Below are positions 10,067 to 19,798 of a stretch of 57,578 bases of DNA, one piece after another (position 1 is the stretch's first letter; the number at the start of each line of letters is the position of its first letter). Source of the stretch: Eubacteriales bacterium (GTDB lineage: Bacteria > Bacillota > Clostridia > Oscillospirales > CAG-272); NCBI GenBank assembly GCA_045654845.1, contig JAZOOB010000046.1:1-57578 (forward strand), in the 5' to 3' direction. The notes below the pieces were generated by a model that worked only from the letters and a program-made list of their open reading frames with translations, ran no database searches and was not told where the DNA came from. The position numbers were made by a program, and so were the translations under genes.

Positions 10067-11578
10067 ATGAAGCTTTCCGAACTTTTAAAAGAAGGGGAAT
10101 ACTCTTCAAAATGTCCTCCGTACACGGTAGAAATAACCGAAATCGTGACGGACACGTCGAAAATCACCGAAAACTGCCTTTTTGTGTGCATAAAAGGCAG
10201 TAAATATAATCCGCACAAGATGCTCGATTATATAGAAAAAAGAGGTGCTTCGGCTATAATAGTCGAAAAGGGCGAGGACTTTGATTCTACTGTATCAATA
10301 CCGATTTTCGAGGTAAAATCCTCAAGAGAAGCGCTTTCCTATGCTTACGCGCGATTCTACAAAAATCCCCAAAAGCGTCTTCGTATAATAGGTATCACGG
10401 GGACAAACGGAAAGACCTCTACCTCGTACATTCTGCGTTCTATTTTGAAATCCGCAGGCTACAAGGTGGGGCTGATAGGTACTGTCGAGTGTCTTATAGG
10501 AGAGAAGACCTTTTCTCTGCCCGACAACTCACAAATATCAGACCGACTGAAAACTATGACTACCCCCGACCCTGAAATTCTATATAAGATACTTGCAAAA
10601 ATGGAAGATGAGAAGGTCGACTACGTTATTATGGAGGTCTCCTCTCACTCGCTTTCTCAAAAGAAGGTTTCACCCATTCGCTTCTGCCTTTCTATGTTTA
10701 CAAATCTTTCTCCCGAGCATCTCGACTTTCATCAGGACATGAAAAGCTATATGGAAGCGAAATCCGAGCTTTTTTCCCTCTCGGAACGTGGAATTTTCAA
10801 CTGTGACAGCGAATATGCCGAGGATATTATCTCAAAAAGCAAATGCGAAATTTTGCGATGCGGTGTATGGCGAGATGAAAGCTATTCTGCAAAAAACGTG
10901 AAATTAAACGGAAGCTACGGTGTAGAATACGACTTCATATATCCAGAAGGGAAAATGAAAATAGAATGTAAAATCCCTGCGGTATTTACGGTATATAACT
11001 CTCTTTTAGCGCTTGTGGGAGCATTGAAATTAGGTGTTTCGCCCGAAATAGCAAAAGAGGCTATCTTTAATATGTCGAGCGTTTCGGGAAGGCTTGAGCG
11101 CATTGACTTTGGAAGCAAAAACATCGATTTTTCGGCATTTATAGACTTCGCACATACAGAAACTGCGTTAAAAAACGTTCTTACCACTATAAGAAGCTTC
11201 AGACAAGGTGACGAGAGAATAGTCATTCTCTTCGGGTGCGGTGGCGACCGCGACAGAAGAAAAAGAGCGCCTATGGGCAAGGTCGCAGAGGAGCTTGCCG
11301 ACTTCGTCATAGTCACCTCCGACAACAGCAGAAACGAGGATAAAAAGCAGATAGTAAGGGATATTCTCTCGGGTATGCAGGACGCAAACCGAAGAAGAGT
11401 AATTTTAGATAGAAAAAAGGCTATCGAATACGCGATAATAAACGCAGAAAAGAACGATATTATAGTTCTTACAGGTAAAGGGCACGAGCTCTACCAGATA
11501 GAAAACGACGAAGAATACTACTTTGACGAAAGAAAAATAGCGCAAGAGGCATTCAAAAAAAGGAAGGAAAAGGCTTAA
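10067..11578 (+). CDS. murE: UDP-N-acetylmuramoyl-L-alanyl-D-glutamate--2,6-diaminopimelate ligase
   Basis: GITGTNGKTS P-loop and Mur ligase architecture. It carries DNSR at the position of the DNPR specificity motif. I prefer the ATG at 10067. Confidence 0.92.
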   Translation: MKLSELLKEGEYSSKCPPYTVEITEIVTDTSKITENCLFVCIKGSKYNPHKMLDYIEKRGASAIIVEKGEDFDSTVSIPIFEVKSSREALSYAYARFYKNPQKRLRIIGITGTNGKTSTSYILRSILKSAGYKVGLIGTVECLIGEKTFSLPDNSQISDRLKTMTTPDPEILYKILAKMEDEKVDYVIMEVSSHSLSQKKVSPIRFCLSMFTNLSPEHLDFHQDMKSYMEAKSELFSLSERGIFNCDSEYAEDIISKSKCEILRCGVWRDESYSAKNVKLNGSYGVEYDFIYPEGKMKIECKIPAVFTVYNSLLALVGALKLGVSPEIAKEAIFNMSSVSGRLERIDFGSKNIDFSAFIDFAHTETALKNVLTTIRSFRQGDERIVILFGCGGDRDRRKRAPMGKVAEELADFVIVTSDNSRNEDKKQIVRDILSGMQDANRRRVILDRKKAIEYAIINAEKNDIIVLTGKGHELYQIENDEEYYFDERKIAQEAFKKRKEKA

Positions 11579-11579
11579 A

Positions 11580-12995
11580 ATGAGAATAGAATTGGCTTAT
11601 CCGCTTTCGGTTTCAGAAATTGCGAAATACACCAAGGCAGAAGCGTACAGTGAAAATAAGTCGATAATCAAATATATAACCACCGACACGCGAGAAATTG
11701 AGGCGGGCGACCTTTTCGTCGCTATAAGAGGCGAGACCTTCGACGGAAACGAGTATGCCGAAAAAGCACTTTCCCTCGGCGCTGTGGCTGTCCTCTGTGA
11801 CAGAGTTGTCAAGGGCACAAACGACGAAAAAATGCTTTTATGCGCGGACACCGTAAAGGCGCTCGGCAGTCTTGCAAAGGCGTATTTGTCTCTTCACAGA
11901 AAAAAGACCGTCGCTATTACCGGTAGTGTGGGAAAGACGACGACAAAGGAATTTATCTATTCCGTCCTTTCACAGAAATTCAAGGTGCACAAGACGGTGG
12001 GAAATCACAATAACGAGTTAGGACTTCCCTACACCGTCCTTTCCATAAAAGAGGACACCGAGATTCTCATAACCGAAATGGGAATGTGCGCGCGCGGTGA
12101 AATAGAATATCTTTCCGACATTGTAAAGCCCGATATTTCGGTTATAACTATGATAGGCTCTTCACACTTAGAGCACCTCGGCACAAGAGAAAACATTTGC
12201 GACGCGAAAATGGAAATAGTGAGCGGTATGAACGAAAACGGTATTCTTTTCGTAAACGGTGACGAGCCGTTACTCAGAAGAGAGTGCTACGAAAAATACT
12301 CACCGAAATTCCTCTCACTTAACGAAAATGAAAATTCCGACTATTTAGTGAGAAATATAAAGAGCGAGGGTGAAATTACACGTTTCGACCTTTTTGACAA
12401 AGGAAATACCTATAAAATGCAGGCGTACGGCATAGGCAGACATATTGCGCAGGCGGCGGCTTTTGGCGCTATTATAGGCAAGACGCTCGGCATGAATGAA
12501 GAAGAGATAGTGAAAGGACTTCTCTCCTTCAGAACCGAAAAAATGCGACAGAACATCTATAAAATAGGAAATATTACGGTAATAGACGACTGTTATAACG
12601 CTTCGCCCGAGTCTATGCGCGCAGCATCCGACGTGCTTTGCGACCTCGCGAAAAGAAATGGCGCAAGAGCCGTCGCTCTTCTCGGCGATATGAAGGAGCT
12701 CGGCGAAAACACCCGTCCCCTTCACGAAGGCGTCGGTGAATATATGGCGAAAAACGGTCTTGACCTTCTCTTTACCTTCGGCTTGATTGCAGAAAATTAC
12801 AAAACAGGCGCGAAAAGAGGGGGAATGGACGAAAAATCCATTTTCACGAATGCAGACGTCTCTTCGCCCGAAATAAGCGGTGAAGCCTTAGTCCGAGAGT
12901 TACAGTCGGGCGACGTGCTTCTTATAAAGGCATCTCGCGCGATGGCTGCCGAAAAAATCATAAAATATCTCGAAAATCATATAAATAAAGTATAA
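11580..12995 (+). CDS. murF: UDP-N-acetylmuramoyl-tripeptide--D-alanyl-D-alanine ligase
   Basis: ITGSVGKTTTKE P-loop and a DDCYNASPESM motif. Position after murE fits. Confidence 0.92.
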   Translation: MRIELAYPLSVSEIAKYTKAEAYSENKSIIKYITTDTREIEAGDLFVAIRGETFDGNEYAEKALSLGAVAVLCDRVVKGTNDEKMLLCADTVKALGSLAKAYLSLHRKKTVAITGSVGKTTTKEFIYSVLSQKFKVHKTVGNHNNELGLPYTVLSIKEDTEILITEMGMCARGEIEYLSDIVKPDISVITMIGSSHLEHLGTRENICDAKMEIVSGMNENGILFVNGDEPLLRRECYEKYSPKFLSLNENENSDYLVRNIKSEGEITRFDLFDKGNTYKMQAYGIGRHIAQAAAFGAIIGKTLGMNEEEIVKGLLSFRTEKMRQNIYKIGNITVIDDCYNASPESMRAASDVLCDLAKRNGARAVALLGDMKELGENTRPLHEGVGEYMAKNGLDLLFTFGLIAENYKTGAKRGGMDEKSIFTNADVSSPEISGEALVRELQSGDVLLIKASRAMAAEKIIKYLENHINKV

Positions 12996-13022
12996 ATTAA
13001 AAGAACAAGAAGGGAACGAATT

Positions 13023-14012
13023 ATGCCCACCACACTCTACTTCCTTATATCACTCGTATCGGTTTTTTCACTTACCGCTCTTTGCTGCCGTTTTCTTATA
13101 CCGAAGCTTAAAAGCATGAAGATGGGGCAGAAGATACTCGATATAGGTCCGCGCTGGCATAAATCGAAGGAAAATACTCCTACTATGGGCGGTCTTTCCT
13201 TTCTGTTTTCGACTACTGTCGTTTGTATTGTTTTAGGCATTATTGCATACAAAGAGACCGATTCAAAGCAGATACTTTCGATGGCTTTTACCCTTCTCTA
13301 CGCTTTGGCAAACGGACTTTCTGGCATTATAGACGACTTGGTAAAATTCAAAAAAAAGCAGAACGAGGGACTCACCAAAACGCAGAAGCTCGTGCTTCAG
13401 ACGGTTTTCTCGGGTGCTTATCTTGCGCTCCTCCGAATCTATGAGCTTATAGATACTACCCTTTATCTTCCTTTCTTTAACGTTGATTTAGAGCTTGGCT
13501 TTGCCTACTACTTCTTCGCTATGCTACTTTGCGTTGGTGTCGTGAATTTCGCAAACTTTACCGACGGAATAGACGGACTTCTTTCCTCTGTAACTATGGT
13601 AATAGGCGTTTTCTTCGCGTTTGCTTCATTCAGATACGACCTTATCCCCTCAATAATACTTTCTGGCGCTATGTCGGGCGCGACTCTCGGCTTTCTGGTA
13701 TACAATTTCTACCCTGCGAGAGTTTTTATGGGTGACACAGGCTCGCTCTTTCTCGGCGGTCTTGCGGTAGGTCTCGCTTTTATGATAAACAATCCGCTTA
13801 TCATAGTTTTAGTAGGCATCATCTATATTTTCGAGGGCGTTTCCGTAGCACTTCAGATATGCTCGTTCAAGCTCACGAAAAAGCGTATATTCAAGATGGC
13901 ACCCGTCCATCATCACTTCGAAAAATGTGGCTGGAGTGAAATAAAGATAGTAAGCGTATTCTCTATTGTCACGCTTATATTCTCTGTAATTGCTATCTTC
14001 GGCCTGAGATAA
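13023..14012 (+). CDS. mraY: phospho-N-acetylmuramoyl-pentapeptide transferase
   Basis: Polytopic membrane protein with NFTDGIDGL, FMGDTGSLFLGG and APVHHHFE motifs. Confidence 0.95.
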   Translation: MPTTLYFLISLVSVFSLTALCCRFLIPKLKSMKMGQKILDIGPRWHKSKENTPTMGGLSFLFSTTVVCIVLGIIAYKETDSKQILSMAFTLLYALANGLSGIIDDLVKFKKKQNEGLTKTQKLVLQTVFSGAYLALLRIYELIDTTLYLPFFNVDLELGFAYYFFAMLLCVGVVNFANFTDGIDGLLSSVTMVIGVFFAFASFRYDLIPSIILSGAMSGATLGFLVYNFYPARVFMGDTGSLFLGGLAVGLAFMINNPLIIVLVGIIYIFEGVSVALQICSFKLTKKRIFKMAPVHHHFEKCGWSEIKIVSVFSIVTLIFSVIAIFGLR

Positions 14013-14039
14013 TCACAAAATAAAAGGGAGAGTCTGCCT

Positions 14040-15428
14040 ATGCAGGAAAACAATAATCAGAATAATATCGGCTTTGGCAGATCTTCTGCCATAAAGGACG
14101 AAAATACGATAACTTTACATAAAGAAAACGACGAAAAAACAAAGAAAAAGGGGTTCAAATCGCTTTTTGACGAGGAGGTTTCGGTTTCTGAAGCACTCGG
14201 CGACAGAAAGAGGCTCCCTCGCGCAATTACTCGTATGCCGAAGCCCTTTCAGCTATTATACAGAATGCTTTTCGGCGGTATATACGAAAAACCGAAGATG
14301 CTCGTCCCCCGACAGACAGCAGGTATAGACAGAGTAATGTTCATAATCATCTGCGCACTTATCTGTATCGGCTCTGTAATGGTATTCAGCGCGAGCTACG
14401 CCTTCGCAGAATCGAGGTATCACGACAGTCTTCACTTCGTAAAAAAGCAGATACTGTTCGTTATTCTCGGCTTTATCGCCCTTTTTATAACCTCAAAGTT
14501 TACACCCGAATTTTACAAGACGATAGCGAGAGGCGCATATGCAGTATCGCTCGTTTTGCTCGTTTTGGTACTTATAATGGGCTTTGCGGGAAACGGTGCG
14601 CAAAGATGGATACAGTTAGGTCCTATATCCTTCCAGCCATCCGAAATAGCAAAGCTGACGCTCATACTTATTCTCGCTTGGTACTATTCGGTATTCGGCG
14701 ACCGCGCGAGAAATTATAAAAACAAAAAGCAGGCATTTTTCTACGGAATTTTATATCCCTTTTTAATTATAGGCCTTACGGCAGGTCTTGTAATGCTTGA
14801 AAAACACCTTTCCTGCCTTATAATTTTAGGTCTTATCGGTCTTACTCTTATGTTTCTTTGCGGCTCGAACGGAAAGTGGCTCGGCTTCATCTGCGGTGGC
14901 GGTATAGTATCCGTCGGCGCACTTGCCGTCGCGCTCGAATATACCCGCAGGCGACTCGTTATATGGCTCAATCCCGAAAAATATCCGCTTGACGGCGCGT
15001 GGCAGACGCTTGAAGGTATGATGGCGATAGGGTCCGGCGGAATGTTTGGTCTCGGGCTCGGAAACAGCAGAATGAAATACAGCTACGTATCAGAGCCGGC
15101 AAACGACTTTATTTTCACTATTACTTGTGAGGAGCTCGGATTTGTAGGCGCTGTCGCTATCATCGCGCTTTTCACCATCTTCGTATGGCGCGGATACGTA
15201 ATAGCACTCAAAAACAACGATGCATTTTCAAGAGCTACGGCGCTCGGAATTACCTCGCACATAGCGATACAGGTATTGCTCAATATTGCCGTAGTTACTA
15301 ACACTATACCTAACACGGGAATAGCGCTTCCCTTCTTTAGCTACGGCGGTACTTCGCTTATAATTCTTTTCGCAGAAATGGGAATACTTCTTTCTATCTC
15401 CCGTTATTCACATCTCAAATACCGTTAA
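14040..15428 (+). CDS. ftsW: SEDS family peptidoglycan polymerase FtsW/SpoVE
   Basis: Polytopic protein with QPSEIAKL, NDFIFTITCEELGF and PFFSYGGTS motifs. It also has an N-terminal extension of about 95 aa. Confidence 0.9.
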   Translation: MQENNNQNNIGFGRSSAIKDENTITLHKENDEKTKKKGFKSLFDEEVSVSEALGDRKRLPRAITRMPKPFQLLYRMLFGGIYEKPKMLVPRQTAGIDRVMFIIICALICIGSVMVFSASYAFAESRYHDSLHFVKKQILFVILGFIALFITSKFTPEFYKTIARGAYAVSLVLLVLVLIMGFAGNGAQRWIQLGPISFQPSEIAKLTLILILAWYYSVFGDRARNYKNKKQAFFYGILYPFLIIGLTAGLVMLEKHLSCLIILGLIGLTLMFLCGSNGKWLGFICGGGIVSVGALAVALEYTRRRLVIWLNPEKYPLDGAWQTLEGMMAIGSGGMFGLGLGNSRMKYSYVSEPANDFIFTITCEELGFVGAVAIIALFTIFVWRGYVIALKNNDAFSRATALGITSHIAIQVLLNIAVVTNTIPNTGIALPFFSYGGTSLIILFAEMGILLSISRYSHLKYR

Positions 15429-15440
15429 AAAGGAGAGACT

Positions 15441-16550
15441 ATGAAGGTCATTTTGACAGGTGGCGGAACGGCAGGTCACGTAAATCCTGCTATTGCTATC
15501 GCAGAGATAATCAAAGAAAACGACAAGAATGCCGAAATTATTTTCGTGGGGACTCCCGACGGTATTGAAAACAAGCTCACAAAAGACGCGGGCTTTTCCA
15601 TACGTCATACAAAATCCAAGGGCTTTGACAGAAGCCTTTCAATAAAAAATTTCTATGCTCTGTGGCTCGCATTCTATTCGCCTATCAAGGCTAAAAGGAT
15701 AATAAAAAGCTTCAAGCCCGACGTCATAATAGGAACAGGCGGTCACGTATGCTGGCCCATAATGAAGGCGGGAGCTTCGTTTGGCATACCTATGGTATTA
15801 CACGAGTCGAATGCAGTGCCAGGTGCAGCGGTAAAAATGCTGGAAAGCAGAGTGGATAAAATCCTTCTGAATTTTGAAGAAAGCGCGAAATATCTGAAGA
15901 ATCCCGAAAAATCGGTGGTTGTAGGAAATCCTCTTCGTCGCGGATTCAGGCTTGGAAACCGTGAAAAAGCAAGAAAAAAGCTGGGTATTGCCGACGACAA
16001 AAAGCTTATTCTCTCATTTGGCGGAAGCCTTGGCGCGCTTGAAGTCAATAACTCCTGCATTGAAATGATGGCAAGCTACGTGGAAAAGGACGAAAATCTT
16101 TTCCATATTCACGCCTCAGGTGTACGGAATTATAAGGAATGCAAGGAAAAATTCGACTCTGTGATAAAAAATCCGTCAGAGCGTGTAAAGCTGCTTGAAT
16201 ATATCGACGATATGCCATCGTTTATGAGTGCCGCAGACGTAGTAATATCCCGCGCAGGTGCTATGAGTCTGTCGGAAATCGCTCTTATGGAAAAGGCGAG
16301 TGTGCTTATTCCCTCACCTAACGTAACTAATAATCATCAGTATAAAAATGCAAAGGCGCTATCAGACAAAAACGCGACCGTGCTTTTAGAGGAAAAGGAC
16401 TTAAACGGAAAGAGCCTCACTCTCGCTGTAAAGGAAATTCTCGAAAACGAGGAAAAGAAAAAGGAATTAGAGAAAAACGTATCGCATTTCGCACTTCGAG
16501 ACGCTAATCGCAGAGTGTACGAGGAGATTGTAGCTCTTATAAAAAAATAA
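15441..16550 (+). CDS. murG: undecaprenyldiphospho-muramoylpentapeptide beta-N-acetylglucosaminyltransferase
   Basis: GGTAGHVNPA glycine loop, with SRAGAMSLSE and NHQYKNA in the C-terminal domain. Confidence 0.93.
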   Translation: MKVILTGGGTAGHVNPAIAIAEIIKENDKNAEIIFVGTPDGIENKLTKDAGFSIRHTKSKGFDRSLSIKNFYALWLAFYSPIKAKRIIKSFKPDVIIGTGGHVCWPIMKAGASFGIPMVLHESNAVPGAAVKMLESRVDKILLNFEESAKYLKNPEKSVVVGNPLRRGFRLGNREKARKKLGIADDKKLILSFGGSLGALEVNNSCIEMMASYVEKDENLFHIHASGVRNYKECKEKFDSVIKNPSERVKLLEYIDDMPSFMSAADVVISRAGAMSLSEIALMEKASVLIPSPNVTNNHQYKNAKALSDKNATVLLEEKDLNGKSLTLAVKEILENEEKKKELEKNVSHFALRDANRRVYEEIVALIKK

Positions 16551-16568
16551 AGGAAAAGGAAAGCTCTT

Positions 16569-17609
16569 ATGGGACAGGACGAAAAGACGAAAATCATGCC
16601 CGCAGTAAAAAAAGAGGACGTCGACAGAAGAATGAGTCAAAGAACAGCTATGACAAATCATGCCCCAAATGGAAGTGGCTTTTCTTCCGTGCGCTCGGCA
16701 CGCCCCTCTTCTGCTCCTGCGCAAAAAACAAGACCTGTCGAAGCAAAAGTAGCGAAGGAAAAAGAGAAAGAGCCACAGCCGATAGGCAAAGAGATGAATA
16801 ATAGCGCACAAAAAAGCAGAAGAAGCGAAAGACATCTTCCCTCCCCATTTTCAGGGCTTCTGCTCGCGATTATTCTGATCATTTCTATTTATGCTCTCGT
16901 GACCTTTTCTATCGGCTCTACAAGGATAAGACGCATTGACGTAGTAGGCGAGGACGAAAGCTTGAACAAAGAGATTGTGAGCATCACCTCACACCTCGAG
17001 GGAAAGTCATATCTGTTTTTGAACACTAAGGAAGAAAAGAAAGAAATCTTAAAAAAGTCGCCACTTATTCGCAATATTGAATTCAAGGGCAAGTTCCCCC
17101 GCACCTTAAAGGTTATCGTGCACTACGAGGACCCCGATTTTTATATTATGACCGAGGACACTCTGTATACCCTGAATTCCGATTTAAAGGTACTTACCAA
17201 GCATGAGGTAAGCGACAACGATTTTAATTTTTCGGGAGAATCACTTACAAAGCTTTCCCTCCCCGAATTCAAGGAGGCAAATGCGGGTGAATACCTCGAA
17301 TTCACAAGCGACAGCTCCTATATAAAGAGAGTCTGCGACACACTAAGTGACTACGACAAATTCGGTCAGATAAATCTTATAAATCTGACCAACACTCAGA
17401 GAATATACTTTATATTCGATTCGCGCTTCCGTTGTGATCTCGGTGACTCGCAAAAGCTCGACGTAAAGCTTATAGCGGCGGAAAATATTTATAACAACAA
17501 GCTGATCGCTATAAAGGAAGCCTCAAGTGAAAGAACGGCTGTCATAAACGTATCCGACCCCTCGTTTGGAAGCATTCGTACCGACGTAGACCTTGGGCTC
17601 AACGACTAA
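16569..17609 (+). CDS. ftsQ: FtsQ/DivIB-like cell division protein
   Basis: Disordered basic N-terminus, a single TM helix (LLLAIILIISIYALVTF), then a POTRA-like IRRIDVVGE segment. Position between murG and ftsZ fits. Confidence 0.65.
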   Translation: MGQDEKTKIMPAVKKEDVDRRMSQRTAMTNHAPNGSGFSSVRSARPSSAPAQKTRPVEAKVAKEKEKEPQPIGKEMNNSAQKSRRSERHLPSPFSGLLLAIILIISIYALVTFSIGSTRIRRIDVVGEDESLNKEIVSITSHLEGKSYLFLNTKEEKKEILKKSPLIRNIEFKGKFPRTLKVIVHYEDPDFYIMTEDTLYTLNSDLKVLTKHEVSDNDFNFSGESLTKLSLPEFKEANAGEYLEFTSDSSYIKRVCDTLSDYDKFGQINLINLTNTQRIYFIFDSRFRCDLGDSQKLDVKLIAAENIYNNKLIAIKEASSERTAVINVSDPSFGSIRTDVDLGLND

Positions 17610-17853
17610 ACCCGATTTTTTGCTTCTGCCGAAATATATCTTGTAAAAAAATGTTAACAATTAGTTAATTTTATAAAAATACTTGCAAAAAAACCTATTA
17701 TAATGTATCATATATACATAAAGGTTTATTAGGTTTTAGAAGTGTTTTAAAAATTAGCTTTGTTAACATTTTTTTGCCTATTAACGAGAAATAAATAAGG
17801 GCAGAAGCTTCGGACCGAGCCGAAATGCTATCTGTTACGGGAGGTATATTATT

Positions 17854-18960
17854 ATGGATTTTAATTTTCACACCGAAGAAGCTGTGAACAACGTTAACAT
17901 TAAGGTTATTGGTGTCGGCGGCGGCGGTAATAACGCTGTAAACAGAATGATTTTCAGCAATATCAGAGGCGTTGAATTCATCGCTATCAACACCGACGTA
18001 CAGGCGCTCGAAGGCTCCAGCGCGTCCAAGAAATTGATTATAGGTAATAAGCTCACAAAGGGACACGGTGCAGGCGCATTCCCCGAAACCGGTAAAAAGG
18101 CGGCAGAGGAGAGCCTCGACGAAATCAAGGAGCTTATCGGTGACGCAGATATGGTATTCATCACTGCAGGTATGGGTGGTGGAACCGGTACAGGTGCTGC
18201 TCCCGTCGTAGCTAAGGTTGCTCGTGAAATGGGCGTACTCACCGTAGCTATCGTTACCAAGCCCTTCAGCTTTGAGGGTAGAAAGAGAATGCTTCAGGCA
18301 GAGGAAGGCGTTAAGGCTCTTAAGGAATACGCTGACTCGCTTATCATAATCCCGAACGACAGACTTAAGCAGATCTCCGACGGTCATCTCACAATGGTTA
18401 AGGCATTCGAAATGGCTGACGACGTTCTCCGTAAGGGTGTTCAGAGCGTATCCGAGCTCGTTAACATTCCCGCATTTATCAACCTCGACTTCGCTGACGT
18501 AACTTCCGTTATGACCGAAGCTGGTTTGGCTCATATGGGTGTAGGTAGTGCAACAGGACCTGACAAGGCTCAGCTCGCTGCAAAGGCTGCTATCTCCTCT
18601 CCCTTGCTCGAGACCTCTATCGAGGGTGCGACCGGTATTCTCGTAAGTATCACCGCTTCCCCCGACATCAGCCTCGACGATATCACTCTCGCATCCGACC
18701 TTATCGCAGAGGAAGCTCATCCCGACGCAAACATCATCTGGGGTGCGGCATTCGATCCCGAGCTTGATGACGAGATGCGCATCACCGTTATCGCTACCGG
18801 CTTTGAAAGCGGAAAGAAGTTCAACCGCGAGGTTTCCTCCGCTGCTCCCGCAGTTGAGTCCAAGGAGCCTATCGTGACCGAGACCGCTTCTCAGGCAGAC
18901 AACAGCGCATACGACGACATCTTTGCAGTTTTGAAGAACAAGTCGCCCAGAAGATTCTAA
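17854..18960 (+). CDS. ftsZ: cell division protein FtsZ
   Basis: [13 protein letters not shown] and [13 protein letters not shown] tubulin signatures. Confidence 0.97.
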   Translation: MDFNFHTEEAVNNVNIKVIGVGGGGNNAVNRMIFSNIRGVEFIAINTDVQALEGSSASKKLIIGNKLTKGHGAGAFPETGKKAAEESLDEIKELIGDADMVFITAGMGGGTGTGAAPVVAKVAREMGVLTVAIVTKPFSFEGRKRMLQAEEGVKALKEYADSLIIIPNDRLKQISDGHLTMVKAFEMADDVLRKGVQSVSELVNIPAFINLDFADVTSVMTEAGLAHMGVGSATGPDKAQLAAKAAISSPLLETSIEGATGILVSITASPDISLDDITLASDLIAEEAHPDANIIWGAAFDPELDDEMRITVIATGFESGKKFNREVSSAAPAVESKEPIVTETASQADNSAYDDIFAVLKNKSPRRF

Positions 18961-18970
18961 TTAACTACAT

Positions 18971-19004
18971 AAAGGGATTTTGCGAAAGCAAAATCCCTTT
19001 TTTA
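18971..19004 (+). terminator. intrinsic terminator after ftsZ
   Basis: AAAGGGATTTTGC-GAAA-GCAAAATCCCTTT followed by a T-run. Confidence 0.75.
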
Positions 19005-19073
19005 TTTTATACCATATATTTCTCTTTATTTTGGTAAATACTATCCGTAAACACAAAAAACGGAGGTATGTAT

Positions 19074-19736
19074 ATGTTCAAACACGAAAAACAGTTATTT
19101 CATCCCGTTGAGGTCGAAAGACCTAACCCACAGTATGCAGTTCTTCTTCAAGAGCAGCTTGGCGGGGGAAACGGAGAGCTGAAGGCGGCTATGCAATATA
19201 TGTCACAAAGCTTCAGAATCAAAGACCCTGAAATTAAAGACCTTTTCCTCGATATTGCCGCAGAGGAGCTTTCGCATATGGAAATGGTGGCGCAGACCAT
19301 CAATCTGTTAAACGGTCACGACGTAGATGCGACAAAGATTCAGGCGGGTGAGGTGCAGACACACGTTTTACTCGGTCTTAATCCCGGGCTAATCAATTCG
19401 TCGGGATATTCATGGACCGCCGACTACGTGACGGTGACGGGCGATTTGTGTGCCGATCTTCTTTCCAATATCGCGTCAGAACAGAGAGCCAAGGTAGTTT
19501 ACGAATATCTTTACCGTCAGATAGAGGATAAGAAGGTCAGAGAAACCATAGACTTCCTTCTCAATCGCGAGGAAGCGCACAATCAAATGTTCCGCGACGC
19601 TTTTAATAAGGTACAAGGAAGCGGCTCTAACCGTGACTTCGGTACGACAAAAGCGGCGAAAATGTATTTTTCAATGTCAGAGCCCGGCCCCAATACCTTT
19701 GCAACAGGCGAAACCCACGCGCCCGCATTTAAGTAA
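19074..19736 (+). CDS. manganese catalase family protein (CotJC/YjqC-like)
   Basis: The N-terminus MFKHEKQLFHPVEVERPNPQYAVLLQEQLGGGNGELKAAMQYMSQSF and the AAEELSHMEM motif are typical of Mn catalases. The ATG at 19074 has better GGAGG spacing. Confidence 0.85.
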   Translation: MFKHEKQLFHPVEVERPNPQYAVLLQEQLGGGNGELKAAMQYMSQSFRIKDPEIKDLFLDIAAEELSHMEMVAQTINLLNGHDVDATKIQAGEVQTHVLLGLNPGLINSSGYSWTADYVTVTGDLCADLLSNIASEQRAKVVYEYLYRQIEDKKVRETIDFLLNREEAHNQMFRDAFNKVQGSGSNRDFGTTKAAKMYFSMSEPGPNTFATGETHAPAFK

Positions 19737-19764
19737 AATCAAGGCAATTTAATTTGTTTGTATG

Positions 19765-19798
19765 AAAAAAGCCTCGCTTTTGCGAGGCTTAATTTTTT
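19765..19798. terminator. bidirectional intrinsic terminator between the Mn-catalase gene and typA
   Basis: AAGCCTCGC-TTTT-GCGAGGCTT flanked by an A-run and a T-run. Confidence 0.7.

Noticed and set aside
17683-17704. Apparent ftsZ promoter: TTGCAA at 17683 with TATAAT at 17699.
   Set aside because: The spacer is only 10 nt, which is incompatible with a sigma-A promoter. I did not call a promoter here.
17698-18720. 340-aa minus-strand ORF.
   Set aside because: It is antisense to ftsZ. An open antisense frame arises from the codon bias of a highly expressed gene, and no motif was recognised.
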